Source: Alphaproteobacteria bacterium (GTDB lineage: Bacteria > Pseudomonadota > Alphaproteobacteria > SP197). From it: 64,000 bases of DNA. Position numbers and translations under genes: made by a program. The DNA is taken from positions 960,001-1,024,000 of the forward strand of contig OZ219917.1 in assembly GCA_964291415.2 (NCBI GenBank). The letters run 5' to 3'. Of the stretch, positions 9,427 to 18,995 are shown piece after piece (position 1 is the first letter of the stretch; each line of letters starts with the position of its first letter). Under the pieces are notes generated by a model that worked only from the letters and a program-made list of their open reading frames with translations, searched no databases and was not told the origin of the DNA.

Positions 9427-10719
9427 TCAGAAACTCTCAAGATAGCGTTCGATCTCGATGTCCGTGACAACGTCGGCGACGAAATCCCGTTCCCGTTCAG
9501 CCTGGTTCACGAGAATCTCGAGCCGGTCGGCTCCCAGAAGGTCGAGCAGGAAGTCCGAGCCCCTTGCCTTGACGATGGCGACGTCGATAGTCGTCGGCAA
9601 CAGGTCGTAGCCTGTCGCGACATAGGCGTTCCCGACATGGGGCGGGGTCGGTTCGAGTTCCTGTTCGATCCCGTCGAGTCCCGCAGCAATCTGCGAGGCG
9701 AACAGGTAGTAGGGATTGCAGTCGGCCGATCCGTCACGCACCTCGATCCGAAGGGTCTGCGGAGAATGACCGATGATACGTATCCCGGTTGACCGGTTGT
9801 CGTATCCCCACGAATTGTTGACCGGACTGAAACTCTCGGGACGCCGGCGCCGGTAGGCATTCGGTGTTGTCGAACCGATCAGCGTCGTTTCAGCCATCCT
9901 CCTCTGCATTCCGGCAAGATAGGAGAGCCCGGTTCGGGAGAGCGCCCCGCCCTCGTCGTGGAAGACGGCCCTGCCGTCCTGCCAGAGCGAGTGGTGAAGG
10001 TGGAATCCGCTACCGGACTCGCCGGTGATGGGCTTGGCCATGAAGGTGGCGAGATAGCCTTGCGAATGGGCGATCTGTTTCACCAGACCCCTGAAGGCGA
10101 CGGTCCTGTCGGCCGTTTCCAGGGCTTCGCCGTACTCGATGTTCACCTCGACCTGGCCTGCAGCATACTCCGGATTTGACTGTTCGATCGGGATGCCGAC
10201 TTCGTCGAGATAGCGCCGTATCGGCCCGACGACATGGTCGAGTTCCGCAGCCCGTGTCAGGTTGTAGACCTGAATTCCCCGGTCCCGCGGCCGCCTGGTT
10301 TCCGGATCCATGAGATAGAATTCGAGTTCGCTGCCGATCCTGACCTCGAACCCCATTGACGAAGCTCGATCGAGAACGTCGAGGAGAACACCGCGTGGAT
10401 CGATCGGAATGGGCCTGTGATCCGCATCCTCGACCCGCCCCATGCAGAAGGCGACGCCCTCCTCCCAGGGCAGGCTCCAGACCTTTCCCAAAGGAAACAT
10501 GTGACAGTCGTGATAGCCGGTTTCCATGTTGCAGTAGGGGGTGTCCCAGACGTCGCATGTCATGTCGATCGCGAAGATTGCCGCCGACAGGGCAATGCCG
10601 CTTTCGCGGACGACAGGCCATCGCGATGCCGGAACCCGCTTTCCCCGGAGAATCCCGTTGAGGTCGCCTGCGCCCATGGAGATGGTATGGATGCCTTCAG
10701 GCAGTACGAATTGGCCCAC
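9427..10719 (-). CDS. Glutamine synthetase-like gamma-glutamyl-amine ligase (PuuA/IpuC-like)
   Basis: DLNGILRGK, ELEFYL, EYAAGQVE, SGSGFHLHHS, NAYRR, YDNR, RIEVR; probable GTG start at 10719 after a purine-rich RBS. Confidence 0.8.
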   Translation of the reverse strand: MGQFVLPEGIHTISMGAGDLNGILRGKRVPASRWPVVRESGIALSAAIFAIDMTCDVWDTPYCNMETGYHDCHMFPLGKVWSLPWEEGVAFCMGRVEDADHRPIPIDPRGVLLDVLDRASSMGFEVRIGSELEFYLMDPETRRPRDRGIQVYNLTRAAELDHVVGPIRRYLDEVGIPIEQSNPEYAAGQVEVNIEYGEALETADRTVAFRGLVKQIAHSQGYLATFMAKPITGESGSGFHLHHSLWQDGRAVFHDEGGALSRTGLSYLAGMQRRMAETTLIGSTTPNAYRRRRPESFSPVNNSWGYDNRSTGIRIIGHSPQTLRIEVRDGSADCNPYYLFASQIAAGLDGIEQELEPTPPHVGNAYVATGYDLLPTTIDVAIVKARGSDFLLDLLGADRLEILVNQAERERDFVADVVTDIEIERYLESF

Positions 10720-10760
10720 TTCGCCTTCTCCCTCTTCAAAGGCCCTGTATCGCCGGCCGT

Positions 10761-11621
10761 TCAGCGTGTCCCGGGCTTCCTGGAAAGGATGTAGATCGAT
10801 ATCCCGACGATCAACATCGATGCAAAGATGACGCAGGAACCGATCGCATTGATCTCCGGGGTGATGCCCTGGCGCATCATGGACCAGATGTACATCGGAA
10901 GCGTGTTGGTGTTCCCGTTGATGAAGTAGGTCAGCGCAAGCTCGTCGAAGGACACGATCAGGATGATCATGCACGAGCCGATCAGAGTCGTCCTGATGTT
11001 GGGCAGCGTCACGTACCAGAATGTCTCGAGCGGCGTCGCCCCGAGATCGGCCGACGCCTCCTCGATGCGGCGGTCGAAGTAGGTCAGGCGCGCAAAGAGA
11101 TTCGCGACCACGATCGACGACATGAGCGTTCCATGGCCGATCATGATGGTGTGAAGTCCCAGACTGACGCCCCAGAAAGTGAAGTAGTTGAGAAGGCATA
11201 TGCCCAGTGTCAGGGCCGGCAGGGAAATCGGCATCAGCACGACCCGCTGCAGCGCGACCTTTCCGGGGAAGTCCCAGCGCATCAGCGCGAAGGCTGTGGG
11301 GATGCCCACCGCATTGGCGATGATAACGGCCGCGAAGGCGACGACGATGCTGTTGAAGAGCGCCTCCATCATGAAGGCGTTCTGGAAGGCTTTCTCGTAC
11401 CAGGAGAACGTGAAGCCAGTCAGCGGAAACACGGTCAGGTCGTTCGAGTTGAAACTGAACACCATCAGGACAATCAGGGGAAGGTAGAGGAAGACAAGCG
11501 AACAGCATGCCAGGATCATCACGAAAGAGGTCGTCGCCGATACCGGCTTTTTCCTCCTTTCCGGGAGAAGCGAGCGGCCTCCCGGAACCGAAATCCCCGT
11601 CATTGTCGAATCAAGGGCCAT
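10761..11621 (-). CDS. Polyamine-type ABC permease (PotC-like)
   Basis: FLYLPLIVLMVFSFN, EAA loop IEEASADLGA, SFDE, TLP; ATG 11621 with GGAG RBS. Confidence 0.85.
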   Translation of the reverse strand: MALDSTMTGISVPGGRSLLPERRKKPVSATTSFVMILACCSLVFLYLPLIVLMVFSFNSNDLTVFPLTGFTFSWYEKAFQNAFMMEALFNSIVVAFAAVIIANAVGIPTAFALMRWDFPGKVALQRVVLMPISLPALTLGICLLNYFTFWGVSLGLHTIMIGHGTLMSSIVVANLFARLTYFDRRIEEASADLGATPLETFWYVTLPNIRTTLIGSCMIILIVSFDELALTYFINGNTNTLPMYIWSMMRQGITPEINAIGSCVIFASMLIVGISIYILSRKPGTR

Positions 11622-11629
11622 TTGGTCTC

Positions 11630-12499
11630 CTATTCGATGTTCACCTTGCCAACCCGTTCGGCCTGGTTGGAAGCGCTGAGAAGGATCACGAAGATCACGA
11701 GCAGAACGACGGTGATGGCCGCGCCGAGGGGCCAGTTGAGCGCCATGCCGTACTGGGTCAGCACGACGTTCGCGATCATGTTGGCGGAAGGGCCGCCAAC
11801 CAGGATCGGCGACACGAAGTCTCCCACGGCAAGACAGAACGCCAGGGTCCAACCAGCGATGATGCCGGGAACGGCTAAGCGCAGCGTCACGTTCAGGAAC
11901 GTATGGAACGAGTTGGCGCCAAGGTCGCGGGATGCCTCTATGAGGCTTCTCGGAATCTTGTCCAGGGACGAATAGATGGGCAGCATCATCAACGGCATGC
12001 AGATATAGCCGATGGTGATGACCATGGCGTACTGGTTGTAGAGGAAGAACATGACCGGCTCGTCGACGATGCCAAGCCACAGCAAGGCCGAATTCAGCAC
12101 GCCTTCCGTGCCGAGGATTGTCTTCCAGGTATAGGAACGAAGAACGTAGGAGACCCACAACGGTATCAGCATCCCCATGTAGAGGAGCAGTTTGACGGCC
12201 CTGCTCTCCACCTTGAAGACGATGAAGTAGACCAGCGGGAAGCCGATCAGGAACGAGAACAGACAGCTCATCAACGCGATTCTGACGCTCCGGGCGATCA
12301 CCACGATGTACTGGTTGTTGGTCAGGAGTTCCTCGTAGTTGCCGAAATGAAAATCCGGACGGAAAGTGGGAAACTCCTGGGTCCAGAAACTCATCGAGGC
12401 CATGACACCGAGGGACCCCAGGACGATTCCGCCCCACCATAGAGCCGGAAGCGAGAACACGGCGAAGAAGTCGAGGGCGGTCCTCAGCTGGCGGCTCAT
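11630..12499 (-). CDS. Polyamine-type ABC permease (PotB-like)
   Basis: Transmembrane helices, LIEASRDLGA, GDFVSPILVGG, NWPLGAA. Confidence 0.85.
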   Translation of the reverse strand: MSRQLRTALDFFAVFSLPALWWGGIVLGSLGVMASMSFWTQEFPTFRPDFHFGNYEELLTNNQYIVVIARSVRIALMSCLFSFLIGFPLVYFIVFKVESRAVKLLLYMGMLIPLWVSYVLRSYTWKTILGTEGVLNSALLWLGIVDEPVMFFLYNQYAMVITIGYICMPLMMLPIYSSLDKIPRSLIEASRDLGANSFHTFLNVTLRLAVPGIIAGWTLAFCLAVGDFVSPILVGGPSANMIANVVLTQYGMALNWPLGAAITVVLLVIFVILLSASNQAERVGKVNIE

Positions 12500-12502
12500 C
12501 GA

Positions 12503-13606
12503 TCAGACCTCGCCTGAGGCATCAACGTGACCGTCGAACAGAACGACCGAATCGGGGTCGACATGGAGTTCGATCCGTTCGCCCACCTGGGGAATCTCCC
12601 CCCGTGCGCCTTTCCATGAAAGGGGCGCGATCAGCGACAGCGGGGCCTTTGCTCCGACATCGACCAGGATCTGCATTGCTTCCCCCCGGTAGAAACTCTC
12701 GGTCACGCGGCCGCTGAAACTGCTCGTCGTGACCTCCCGACGATGAAGGCCGATCCGCTCGGGCCTGATGGACATGGTGACGGGTCTGCCGACCTCGGCG
12801 CTTCGGCCGTTTGCCGTCACCTCCAGGCTGGCGTCGCCGAAAGCGATTCGCAGAGTAGCACCGGCTGCCGACTCGATCCTGCCGGGAACAAGGTTTGATG
12901 CGCCAAGGAAACTCGCGACATAGGGTGTAGCGGGATGATTGTAGAGGTCTTCCGGCGACCCCGATTCCACCACGACGCCATCCTTCATCACGATGATCTC
13001 GTCGGACATCACAAGGGCTTCTGCCTGATCGTGTGTCACCATGAGGAAGGTCAGGTCCGCTCTCTGCTGCAGTTCCCGAAGTTCGATCTGCATCGTGGCG
13101 CGAAGCTCGGCGTCGAGCGCGGAAAGCGGCTCATCGAGAAGGAGAACCTTGGGGTGCCGCACAAGGGCCCGCGCCAGGGCCACGCGTTGCCTCTGGCCGA
13201 CGGATAGTTCGTGGGGTTTCGACCGTGCCTTGTGACCCAGCTGGATCATGTCCAGCGCCTTCTTCAGTTCGCTCGCCGCGTCGAGTTTCCTGCCTTCGCC
13301 GAAACGCAGGCCGTAGCCGATGTTCTCCTCGACTGTCATGTGCGGGAACAGCGCGAAGTCCTGGAACATCACGTTGAGCTTGCGGGTGTGGGGCGGGAAG
13401 TCGGTGATGTCCTCGCCGTCCAGGAGAATGCGGCCGCGATCCGGGTACTCGAAACCGCCGATCATGCGCAGGGTCGTCGTCTTGCCGCAACCCGAAGGAC
13501 CCAGCATCGTCACGTACTTGCCGTGCTCGACGCTCAGGCTGAGATTGTCGACTGCGGTCAGATTGCCAAAGGTCTTCGTGACCTGCTGCAGTTCGATGAC
13601 GTCCAT
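12503..13606 (-). CDS. Polyamine-type ABC ATP-binding protein (PotA-like)
   Basis: [30 protein letters not shown]-terminal TOBE-like region. Confidence 0.9.
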   Translation of the reverse strand: MDVIELQQVTKTFGNLTAVDNLSLSVEHGKYVTMLGPSGCGKTTTLRMIGGFEYPDRGRILLDGEDITDFPPHTRKLNVMFQDFALFPHMTVEENIGYGLRFGEGRKLDAASELKKALDMIQLGHKARSKPHELSVGQRQRVALARALVRHPKVLLLDEPLSALDAELRATMQIELRELQQRADLTFLMVTHDQAEALVMSDEIIVMKDGVVVESGSPEDLYNHPATPYVASFLGASNLVPGRIESAAGATLRIAFGDASLEVTANGRSAEVGRPVTMSIRPERIGLHRREVTTSSFSGRVTESFYRGEAMQILVDVGAKAPLSLIAPLSWKGARGEIPQVGERIELHVDPDSVVLFDGHVDASGEV

Positions 13607-13632
13607 GCCTGGATCCCTGGATCGCGTATCCG

Positions 13633-13668
13633 CCCCGGGCAGGAGACCCTTGCGTCACCTGCCCGGGG
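13633..13668 (-). other. Intercistronic stem-loop after the PotD-like gene
   Basis: ccccgggcagg...cctgcccgggg, 11-bp inverted repeat. Confidence 0.55.
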
Positions 13669-13689
13669 TGAAACTCCGGAAACCGCGGA

Positions 13690-14754
13690 CTACTCCGCCG
13701 CCTTCACGGCATTCCAGACTTCAATCATCTTCGCGGGCCGGGCGGGTTCGCGCCACAGCACGAGGCCGTCGAGGTACTCGGGCTGATGTTGATGACGTCC
13801 GGTGAACTCCTCCTCCGTCATGCAGGATTCCACCTGCGGATTGGCTGCTGAGAAACCCGAGAACAGGGACATGCCGCACTGCCCCTCAGGGCTCGCAGCA
13901 AAGTTGAGCCACTGGTAGACGCACTCCATGTCCTGGGCGTCCGTCGTGATCTGCCAGCCGTCCATCCAGCCGTCAGCGAGTTCCTTGGGCAGGTACTCCA
14001 CCATGGGAATTCCCTTGGCCTGCAGTTCGGCAGACTGGTATCCGCCCCACGTGTTCGAAATCCAGATCTCGCCGTTGGCGGCGAGGTTGATGTGATCGCC
14101 GGCCTGTGACCAGTAGGTCCGCAGCAGCTTCTTCTGATCAATGAGTTTCTGCTGGACTTCGGCCAGTTGTTCGTCCGAGAGATCGAAGACATTGACGTCA
14201 GTGCCGAAGAGATAGCGCGCAACGGGATAGATGTTCGACTTGTCATCCCACAGGCTGATCCTGCCTGCATACTTCTCGTCGAAGATCACGGCGATCGAAT
14301 CAAGTTCCTCGTCCACCTTGTCCGTTCGATACATCATCGGGATCGATCCCCACGCGTTGGGCTGCGCAATGACCGTTCCGTCTTCCAGGGTGATGCCCGG
14401 GTTGATCTGAAGATTCTCGTAGAGATCCTGGAAGTGTTCCAGCTTGCTGGTGTCGATGGGCGCGATCTTCCCCAGTTTCCAGAGGATCGTCGTGGTATCG
14501 ACTGACGGCGATACCAGGTCGTACCGGTCGCCAGCAGCGATCTTCGCAATAATCTCGTCATTCGAGCCGACCAGTGTGGGTTTGAGTTCACAGCCTGTTG
14601 CTTCCTGCCAGTCCGATGTGAAGCTCTCGTCAGCGTAGGAGACCCATGTCAGCAAACTGAGTTCGCTGGCATTCGCCTGAACTGCGGCAAGGCTGGTGGC
14701 TGCGCCGAGCGCACATGCTGCAACAAGCCCCTTGAGTTTGGTTTTCCTTGACAT
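13690..14754 (-). CDS. Polyamine-type ABC substrate-binding protein (PotD/PotF-like)
   Basis: Signal peptide, LLTWVSY, YDLVSPS, WG, GWMDGW. Confidence 0.85.
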   Translation of the reverse strand: MSRKTKLKGLVAACALGAATSLAAVQANASELSLLTWVSYADESFTSDWQEATGCELKPTLVGSNDEIIAKIAAGDRYDLVSPSVDTTTILWKLGKIAPIDTSKLEHFQDLYENLQINPGITLEDGTVIAQPNAWGSIPMMYRTDKVDEELDSIAVIFDEKYAGRISLWDDKSNIYPVARYLFGTDVNVFDLSDEQLAEVQQKLIDQKKLLRTYWSQAGDHINLAANGEIWISNTWGGYQSAELQAKGIPMVEYLPKELADGWMDGWQITTDAQDMECVYQWLNFAASPEGQCGMSLFSGFSAANPQVESCMTEEEFTGRHQHQPEYLDGLVLWREPARPAKMIEVWNAVKAAE

Positions 14755-14866
14755 GATCCACCCTGTATTTCGTTGTTGAAGAAGTGCCGTTAGTCACTAC
14801 ACAGCAGGGTGCAGTATCGCTCCCTCCGCGTTTTGAGGTGAAGCCTACTTCGGGAGCACATACCGA

Positions 14867-16177
14867 TCAACTGCACTGCGGGTTCGGCGGGCTTCGCTTT
14901 CGCCGCCAGGCCACGAGGGTCAGGGGCAGAAGCAGAAGATGAAAAACGAACACCATGGCAGCGAGGCCGTGGGGATCCCACAGGTCCATCGCAAGGCCTG
15001 CGAGAGCCGGACCCAGGATGGAACCCGAACAGAACATGATCCCGAACACCGTGGTCGCGGACGGCAGGTCCGCGCCGCGAAAGCGATCGCCCAAGAGCAT
15101 TACAGCGATGCCGTAGTGAGCCGAGCGAATCCCTCCGAAGACCATGAGGTAGGTGATGAAGAGCAGGCCGCCGACATCGTCGATCCAGGGCAATCCGGGA
15201 GTTGGAACACCACGCAGTTCGGGAATCCACGGCAGGACGAGCGAAGCCAGCGCCCCGGCCACGGTAAAGCACGTCAGAAGAAGCGTGCGGTCGATCCGGG
15301 AGGCGAGCCAGGCGAGAAGGAAGGTCACGAGGGCGCCGCCCCATCCTTGCCATCCCAGCATGCGTGCCGAAAGCGCCTCGCCAAGACCGAGCCTCAGGCC
15401 ATAGACCGCCAGGAGCGCCATCAGTGCGCTTCCGACCATGCCGAACATGAGGTTCCCTATCATCGGCACGGGTGCAAGGCGGACATACTGGTGGAGCCGT
15501 GCCGAGGGACGGTCGTCCGGTGCAATTCGCACGCCGAAGGAGAGGAGGAGGGGCATCATGACGAAGGCGACCATGATTGCCGCGGTGACGAACGGCAGCG
15601 TGCCCACCGTCCCTGTCTCGGCCAGCAGGAAGGGACCGGCGGCGAAGCCGGAGGCGATGGAGAACATGAAGATGCTGATGGTCCGGCCACGGTTGCGGTC
15701 GTCGGATTCATGGTTGAGCCACGTTTCCCCGGTGGTCCACATCATCGATTGCGAGGCGCCGAGCGCCAGGCGCAGGGGAAACCAGAGCCAGACGTCGACG
15801 AAGAAGGCCATGAGCGTGATGGCGCCCAGTGCCAGCACGGCGCCGGCCATCATCAGCCGCGCCGGACCCAGACGCCTTATGAGGAACGGCAGGACCGGCA
15901 TGATGATGAAGATGCCGGCCATCTGCACGGCACCGCTCAGACCGATGAGCGATCCGCTGACGTCCCTGTCCTCGAGAACGAACGAGAGGAGCTGTCCGGA
16001 ATAGCTGTAGAACGTTGCCACGGCCGCCATTGCGGCGATGACCGCGGCGAGGCCCGTCCGCTGACGGCGGGGAGTCGGCACAGGCTGTCCTGCGGGCTCG
16101 CTGCCCGCGACGGCGTTCCTGTCCATCCGTTCTCCACTGATAGCGCCCGCGGTCGAGAGGGCGCGGGCGGAGTTCAC
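14867..16177 (-). CDS. MFS transporter
   Basis: About 12 hydrophobic segments, RRLG loop, ETWLN...RG, GPALAGLAMD; start uncertain. Confidence 0.8.
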   Translation of the reverse strand: MNSARALSTAGAISGERMDRNAVAGSEPAGQPVPTPRRQRTGLAAVIAAMAAVATFYSYSGQLLSFVLEDRDVSGSLIGLSGAVQMAGIFIIMPVLPFLIRRLGPARLMMAGAVLALGAITLMAFFVDVWLWFPLRLALGASQSMMWTTGETWLNHESDDRNRGRTISIFMFSIASGFAAGPFLLAETGTVGTLPFVTAAIMVAFVMMPLLLSFGVRIAPDDRPSARLHQYVRLAPVPMIGNLMFGMVGSALMALLAVYGLRLGLGEALSARMLGWQGWGGALVTFLLAWLASRIDRTLLLTCFTVAGALASLVLPWIPELRGVPTPGLPWIDDVGGLLFITYLMVFGGIRSAHYGIAVMLLGDRFRGADLPSATTVFGIMFCSGSILGPALAGLAMDLWDPHGLAAMVFVFHLLLLPLTLVAWRRKRSPPNPQCS

Positions 16178-16317
16178 GCGTCGGAGTGTACGGGAGGAGA
16201 TTTGCGCAAGGGAAGCGGCTTGCTCACGTCTGCCGGTTCCACCCGGGGACTCGCTTTCACACAGTCAGGCGGATCCTCGTGTTCGCCACGACAGCCTTGC
16301 ACTCGGCGGCCGCGATC

Positions 16318-16512
16318 GGTCAGGAAGAAAGTCTCCGTGATCGCGTCGAACGAGAACGAGATCAGCGAGGAACCGATGATGGCCGAGCGGATGCTCGGCA
16401 GCGTGACACGGCGCAAGGTCTGTCACGGCCGGGCGCCGAGATCGTCCAAGGCTTCCTTGATGCACCTGTCGAATCGCCGCAGCCGGACAATGACATTGAT
16501 GACGACGATGGC
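16318..16512 (-). pseudogene. Relic of a PotC-like ABC permease (C-terminal part)
   Basis: [55 protein letters not shown] aligns by eye to the PotC at 10761-11621; internal TGA at 16423-16425; no N-terminal half. Confidence 0.7.
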
Positions 16513-16598
16513 CGTTACCGCTGATCAAGTCGCGCCCCTTGTTCCGTCGCGCGGGCTATGGCACTAGACTTGAATCCGGCGGTGTGCGGATGGGTTTG

Positions 16599-16931
16599 AT
16601 GCCGAGAATGACCTTCATTGTGCGAAGTGGGGAGCGTGTCGAGATCGATGCGCCGGAAGGACTCTCCCTTCTCGAGATCGCACGGCAGTACGATATCGAC
16701 ATCGAGGGCGCCTGCGAGGGTTCCCTTGCCTGTTCCACGTGCCACGTCATTGTCGACGCGGAGGATTTCGAGCGCCTCGAGGACCCGAGCGAGGACGAGG
16801 AGGACATGCTCGATCTTGCTTTCGGCCTGACCCGCACCTCCCGACTGGGATGCCAGATCCTGCTGACTGAGGAGCTCGACGGACTGACGGTGACGCTGCC
16901 CCTTGAAACCCGCAACATGCTCTTCGAGTGA
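16599..16931 (+). CDS. fdx: 2Fe-2S ferredoxin, adrenodoxin/ISC type
   Basis: [14 protein letters not shown]...EEDMLDLA...SRLGCQ. Confidence 0.9.
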   Translation: MPRMTFIVRSGERVEIDAPEGLSLLEIARQYDIDIEGACEGSLACSTCHVIVDAEDFERLEDPSEDEEDMLDLAFGLTRTSRLGCQILLTEELDGLTVTLPLETRNMLFE

Positions 16932-16941
16932 CAGGTCTGCC

Positions 16942-18081
16942 ATGACACCGGGCCGTTCCACGGGCAGCCGCGCCGTTGTTGCCATGTCCGGAGGGGTCGA
17001 CAGTTCGGTGGTCGCCGCCCTCCTCAAGGCCGAGGGCCACGAGACCATCGGCGTGACGCTGCAACTCTACGATCAGGGCAGGACGGCCTCCCGCCCTGGC
17101 GCCTGCTGTGCCGGAGCTGACATCCGCGATGCCCGCCGCGTGGCCGCGATGCTCGACATTCCGCACTACGTTCTCGACTACCAGGAGCGGTTCCGGTCGT
17201 CCGTGATGGAGGCGTTCGCCGACAGCTACCTTGGCGGAGAAACGCCGGTCCCTTGTGTGCTCTGCAACCAGGGAGTCAAGTTCTCCGACCTGCTGACGAC
17301 GGCGCGGGAACTCGGTGGTGATTGCCTGGCAACCGGACACTACGTCCGGCGCCTGGAGGGGCATGAGGGACCGGAACTCCACTGCGGCGCCGAATCCGGC
17401 CGCGACCAGAGCTACTTTCTCTTCCGGACAACCCGGCGCCAGCTGCAGGACCTGCGGTTTCCGCTCGGCGACATGTCCAAGGACGAGGTACGGGCCTGCG
17501 CCAGGCGGTTCGGACTGCCGGTGTCTGCCAAGCCGGACAGCCAGGACATCTGCTTCGTGCCACAGGGACGCTACACGGAGGTCGTGGACCGCCTGCGCCC
17601 CGGCGCCATGGAGGCTGGCACGATCGTCGATCTTTCCGGCCGCGTTCTGGGACACCATGACGGGATCGCCCACTACACCGTCGGGCAGAGACGGCGGCTC
17701 GGCATTGCGACGGGCGAGCCGCTCTTCGTCGTATCGCTGGATCCGGAACGCCGCCAGGTGGTCGTCGGTCCCCGCGAGGCCCTTGAATCGTCGTCTCTCA
17801 CCATGCGCGACGTCAACTGGATCGGTCAGGGGGCCTTACCTCGGGACGGCGTGACGTGCCACGTCCAGTTGCGCTCCCGCCAGGAGCGCCTGCCGGCGCG
17901 GGTGTTGCCCCTCGGGGACAACCGCGCCAGGGTCGAGCTCGCCCGGCCCGCCGAGGCCATCGCCCCGGGCCAGGCCTGCGTCATGTATGACGGCAGCCGC
18001 CTTCTCGGCGGCGGCTGGATCGAAAGAGAGCGGGGACGGAGTTCCATGCCACGGCACAGGAGCGCCGACTCCTGCTCCTGA
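16942..18081 (+). CDS. mnmA: tRNA 2-thiouridine(34) synthase
   Basis: SGGVDSS PP-loop, PCVLCN, ATGHY, DQSYFL, SQDICF, YTVGQR, PGQ. Confidence 0.95.
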   Translation: MTPGRSTGSRAVVAMSGGVDSSVVAALLKAEGHETIGVTLQLYDQGRTASRPGACCAGADIRDARRVAAMLDIPHYVLDYQERFRSSVMEAFADSYLGGETPVPCVLCNQGVKFSDLLTTARELGGDCLATGHYVRRLEGHEGPELHCGAESGRDQSYFLFRTTRRQLQDLRFPLGDMSKDEVRACARRFGLPVSAKPDSQDICFVPQGRYTEVVDRLRPGAMEAGTIVDLSGRVLGHHDGIAHYTVGQRRRLGIATGEPLFVVSLDPERRQVVVGPREALESSSLTMRDVNWIGQGALPRDGVTCHVQLRSRQERLPARVLPLGDNRARVELARPAEAIAPGQACVMYDGSRLLGGGWIERERGRSSMPRHRSADSCS

Positions 18082-18095
18082 CGGGAGGAACGGAC

Positions 18096-18950
18096 ATGGT
18101 GGTCACAGGCAACATCCGGCCCCTGACCGGTCACATCGGCGCGGAGATCTCCGGGATCGATCTCGGACACCTCGACGGTGCCAGGGCCGCCGCCCTGCGC
18201 GAGACATGGCTCGAACACAAGGTCCTGTTCTTTCCACGACAGGACTTGTCGGCCGATGACCTTGTGCGCGTGGCGTCCTGCTTTGGCGAGATCGACCCTC
18301 CGCACTCCGGGCTCGAACGCCACCCCGACAACGCCGCGGTGATGATCGCGGCAAGCCGCAAGGGGGAGGGCGGAGGCAAGTACAACGCCATCTGGCACAG
18401 TGACGTCACGTTCGACGAGACGCCGCCAGCAGCCTCGATTCTGTACGCCAGAACCCTGCCTCCTGTCGGCGGCGACACACTCTTCACGTCGATGGAGGCG
18501 GCCTTCGACGCCCTGTCACAGCGTCTGAAGACGGCCATCGAGGGTCTGGAGGCGTTCCACGACGGGATTCCCAACTTCACCTCCTATCTCCTCGATCCGG
18601 GTACGCCGGACGGGCCCCGGCGTCTGGAGAATCTCAAGCGTGAGCACGCCGGATGCGTTCACCCGGTCGTGGTGCGTCACCCCGAGACAGGCCGCCGGGC
18701 GCTCTTCGTCAACCGTGCCTTCACCCAGCGGATCCTCGGCCTGCCGGATATCGAGAGCCGTGGACTGCTGAACCTCCTGATCGAGCATTGCGAACAGGCC
18801 TCATTCCAGGTGCGGTGGTCCTGGTCGAGAGGCGATGTCGCGATCTGGGACAACCGCTCTACCATGCACTACGCTGCCTTCGACTACGGTCTCCACGACC
18901 GGATCATGCATCGCGTGACCCTGAAGGGCGCCCGTCCCCTGGCGGCATGA
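18096..18950 (+). CDS. TauD/TfdA-family 2-oxoglutarate-dependent dioxygenase, copy 1
   Basis: WHSD (HxD), GGDTLF, HPVVVRHPETGR, WDNRSTMH, RIMHR. Confidence 0.9.
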   Translation: MVVTGNIRPLTGHIGAEISGIDLGHLDGARAAALRETWLEHKVLFFPRQDLSADDLVRVASCFGEIDPPHSGLERHPDNAAVMIAASRKGEGGGKYNAIWHSDVTFDETPPAASILYARTLPPVGGDTLFTSMEAAFDALSQRLKTAIEGLEAFHDGIPNFTSYLLDPGTPDGPRRLENLKREHAGCVHPVVVRHPETGRRALFVNRAFTQRILGLPDIESRGLLNLLIEHCEQASFQVRWSWSRGDVAIWDNRSTMHYAAFDYGLHDRIMHRVTLKGARPLAA

Positions 18951-18995
18951 CGCCGCCTGAGAGGAGGCACCGGGCCACAGAAAAAGGAGCCGGAC

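Noticed and set aside
9427-12440. Apparent 693-aa GS and 559-aa permease with long N-terminal extensions
   Set aside because: The extensions are alternative frames of the upstream permease genes; better starts with RBS exist at 10719 and 11621. The same artefact affects 39680-41464, 32340-33263, 59345-60871 and 52336-53232.
16423-16425. In-frame TGA (also near 2390) as selenocysteine or Trp recoding
   Set aside because: TGA is the normal stop for many genes here, and both cases lie in truncated relics at non-catalytic positions.
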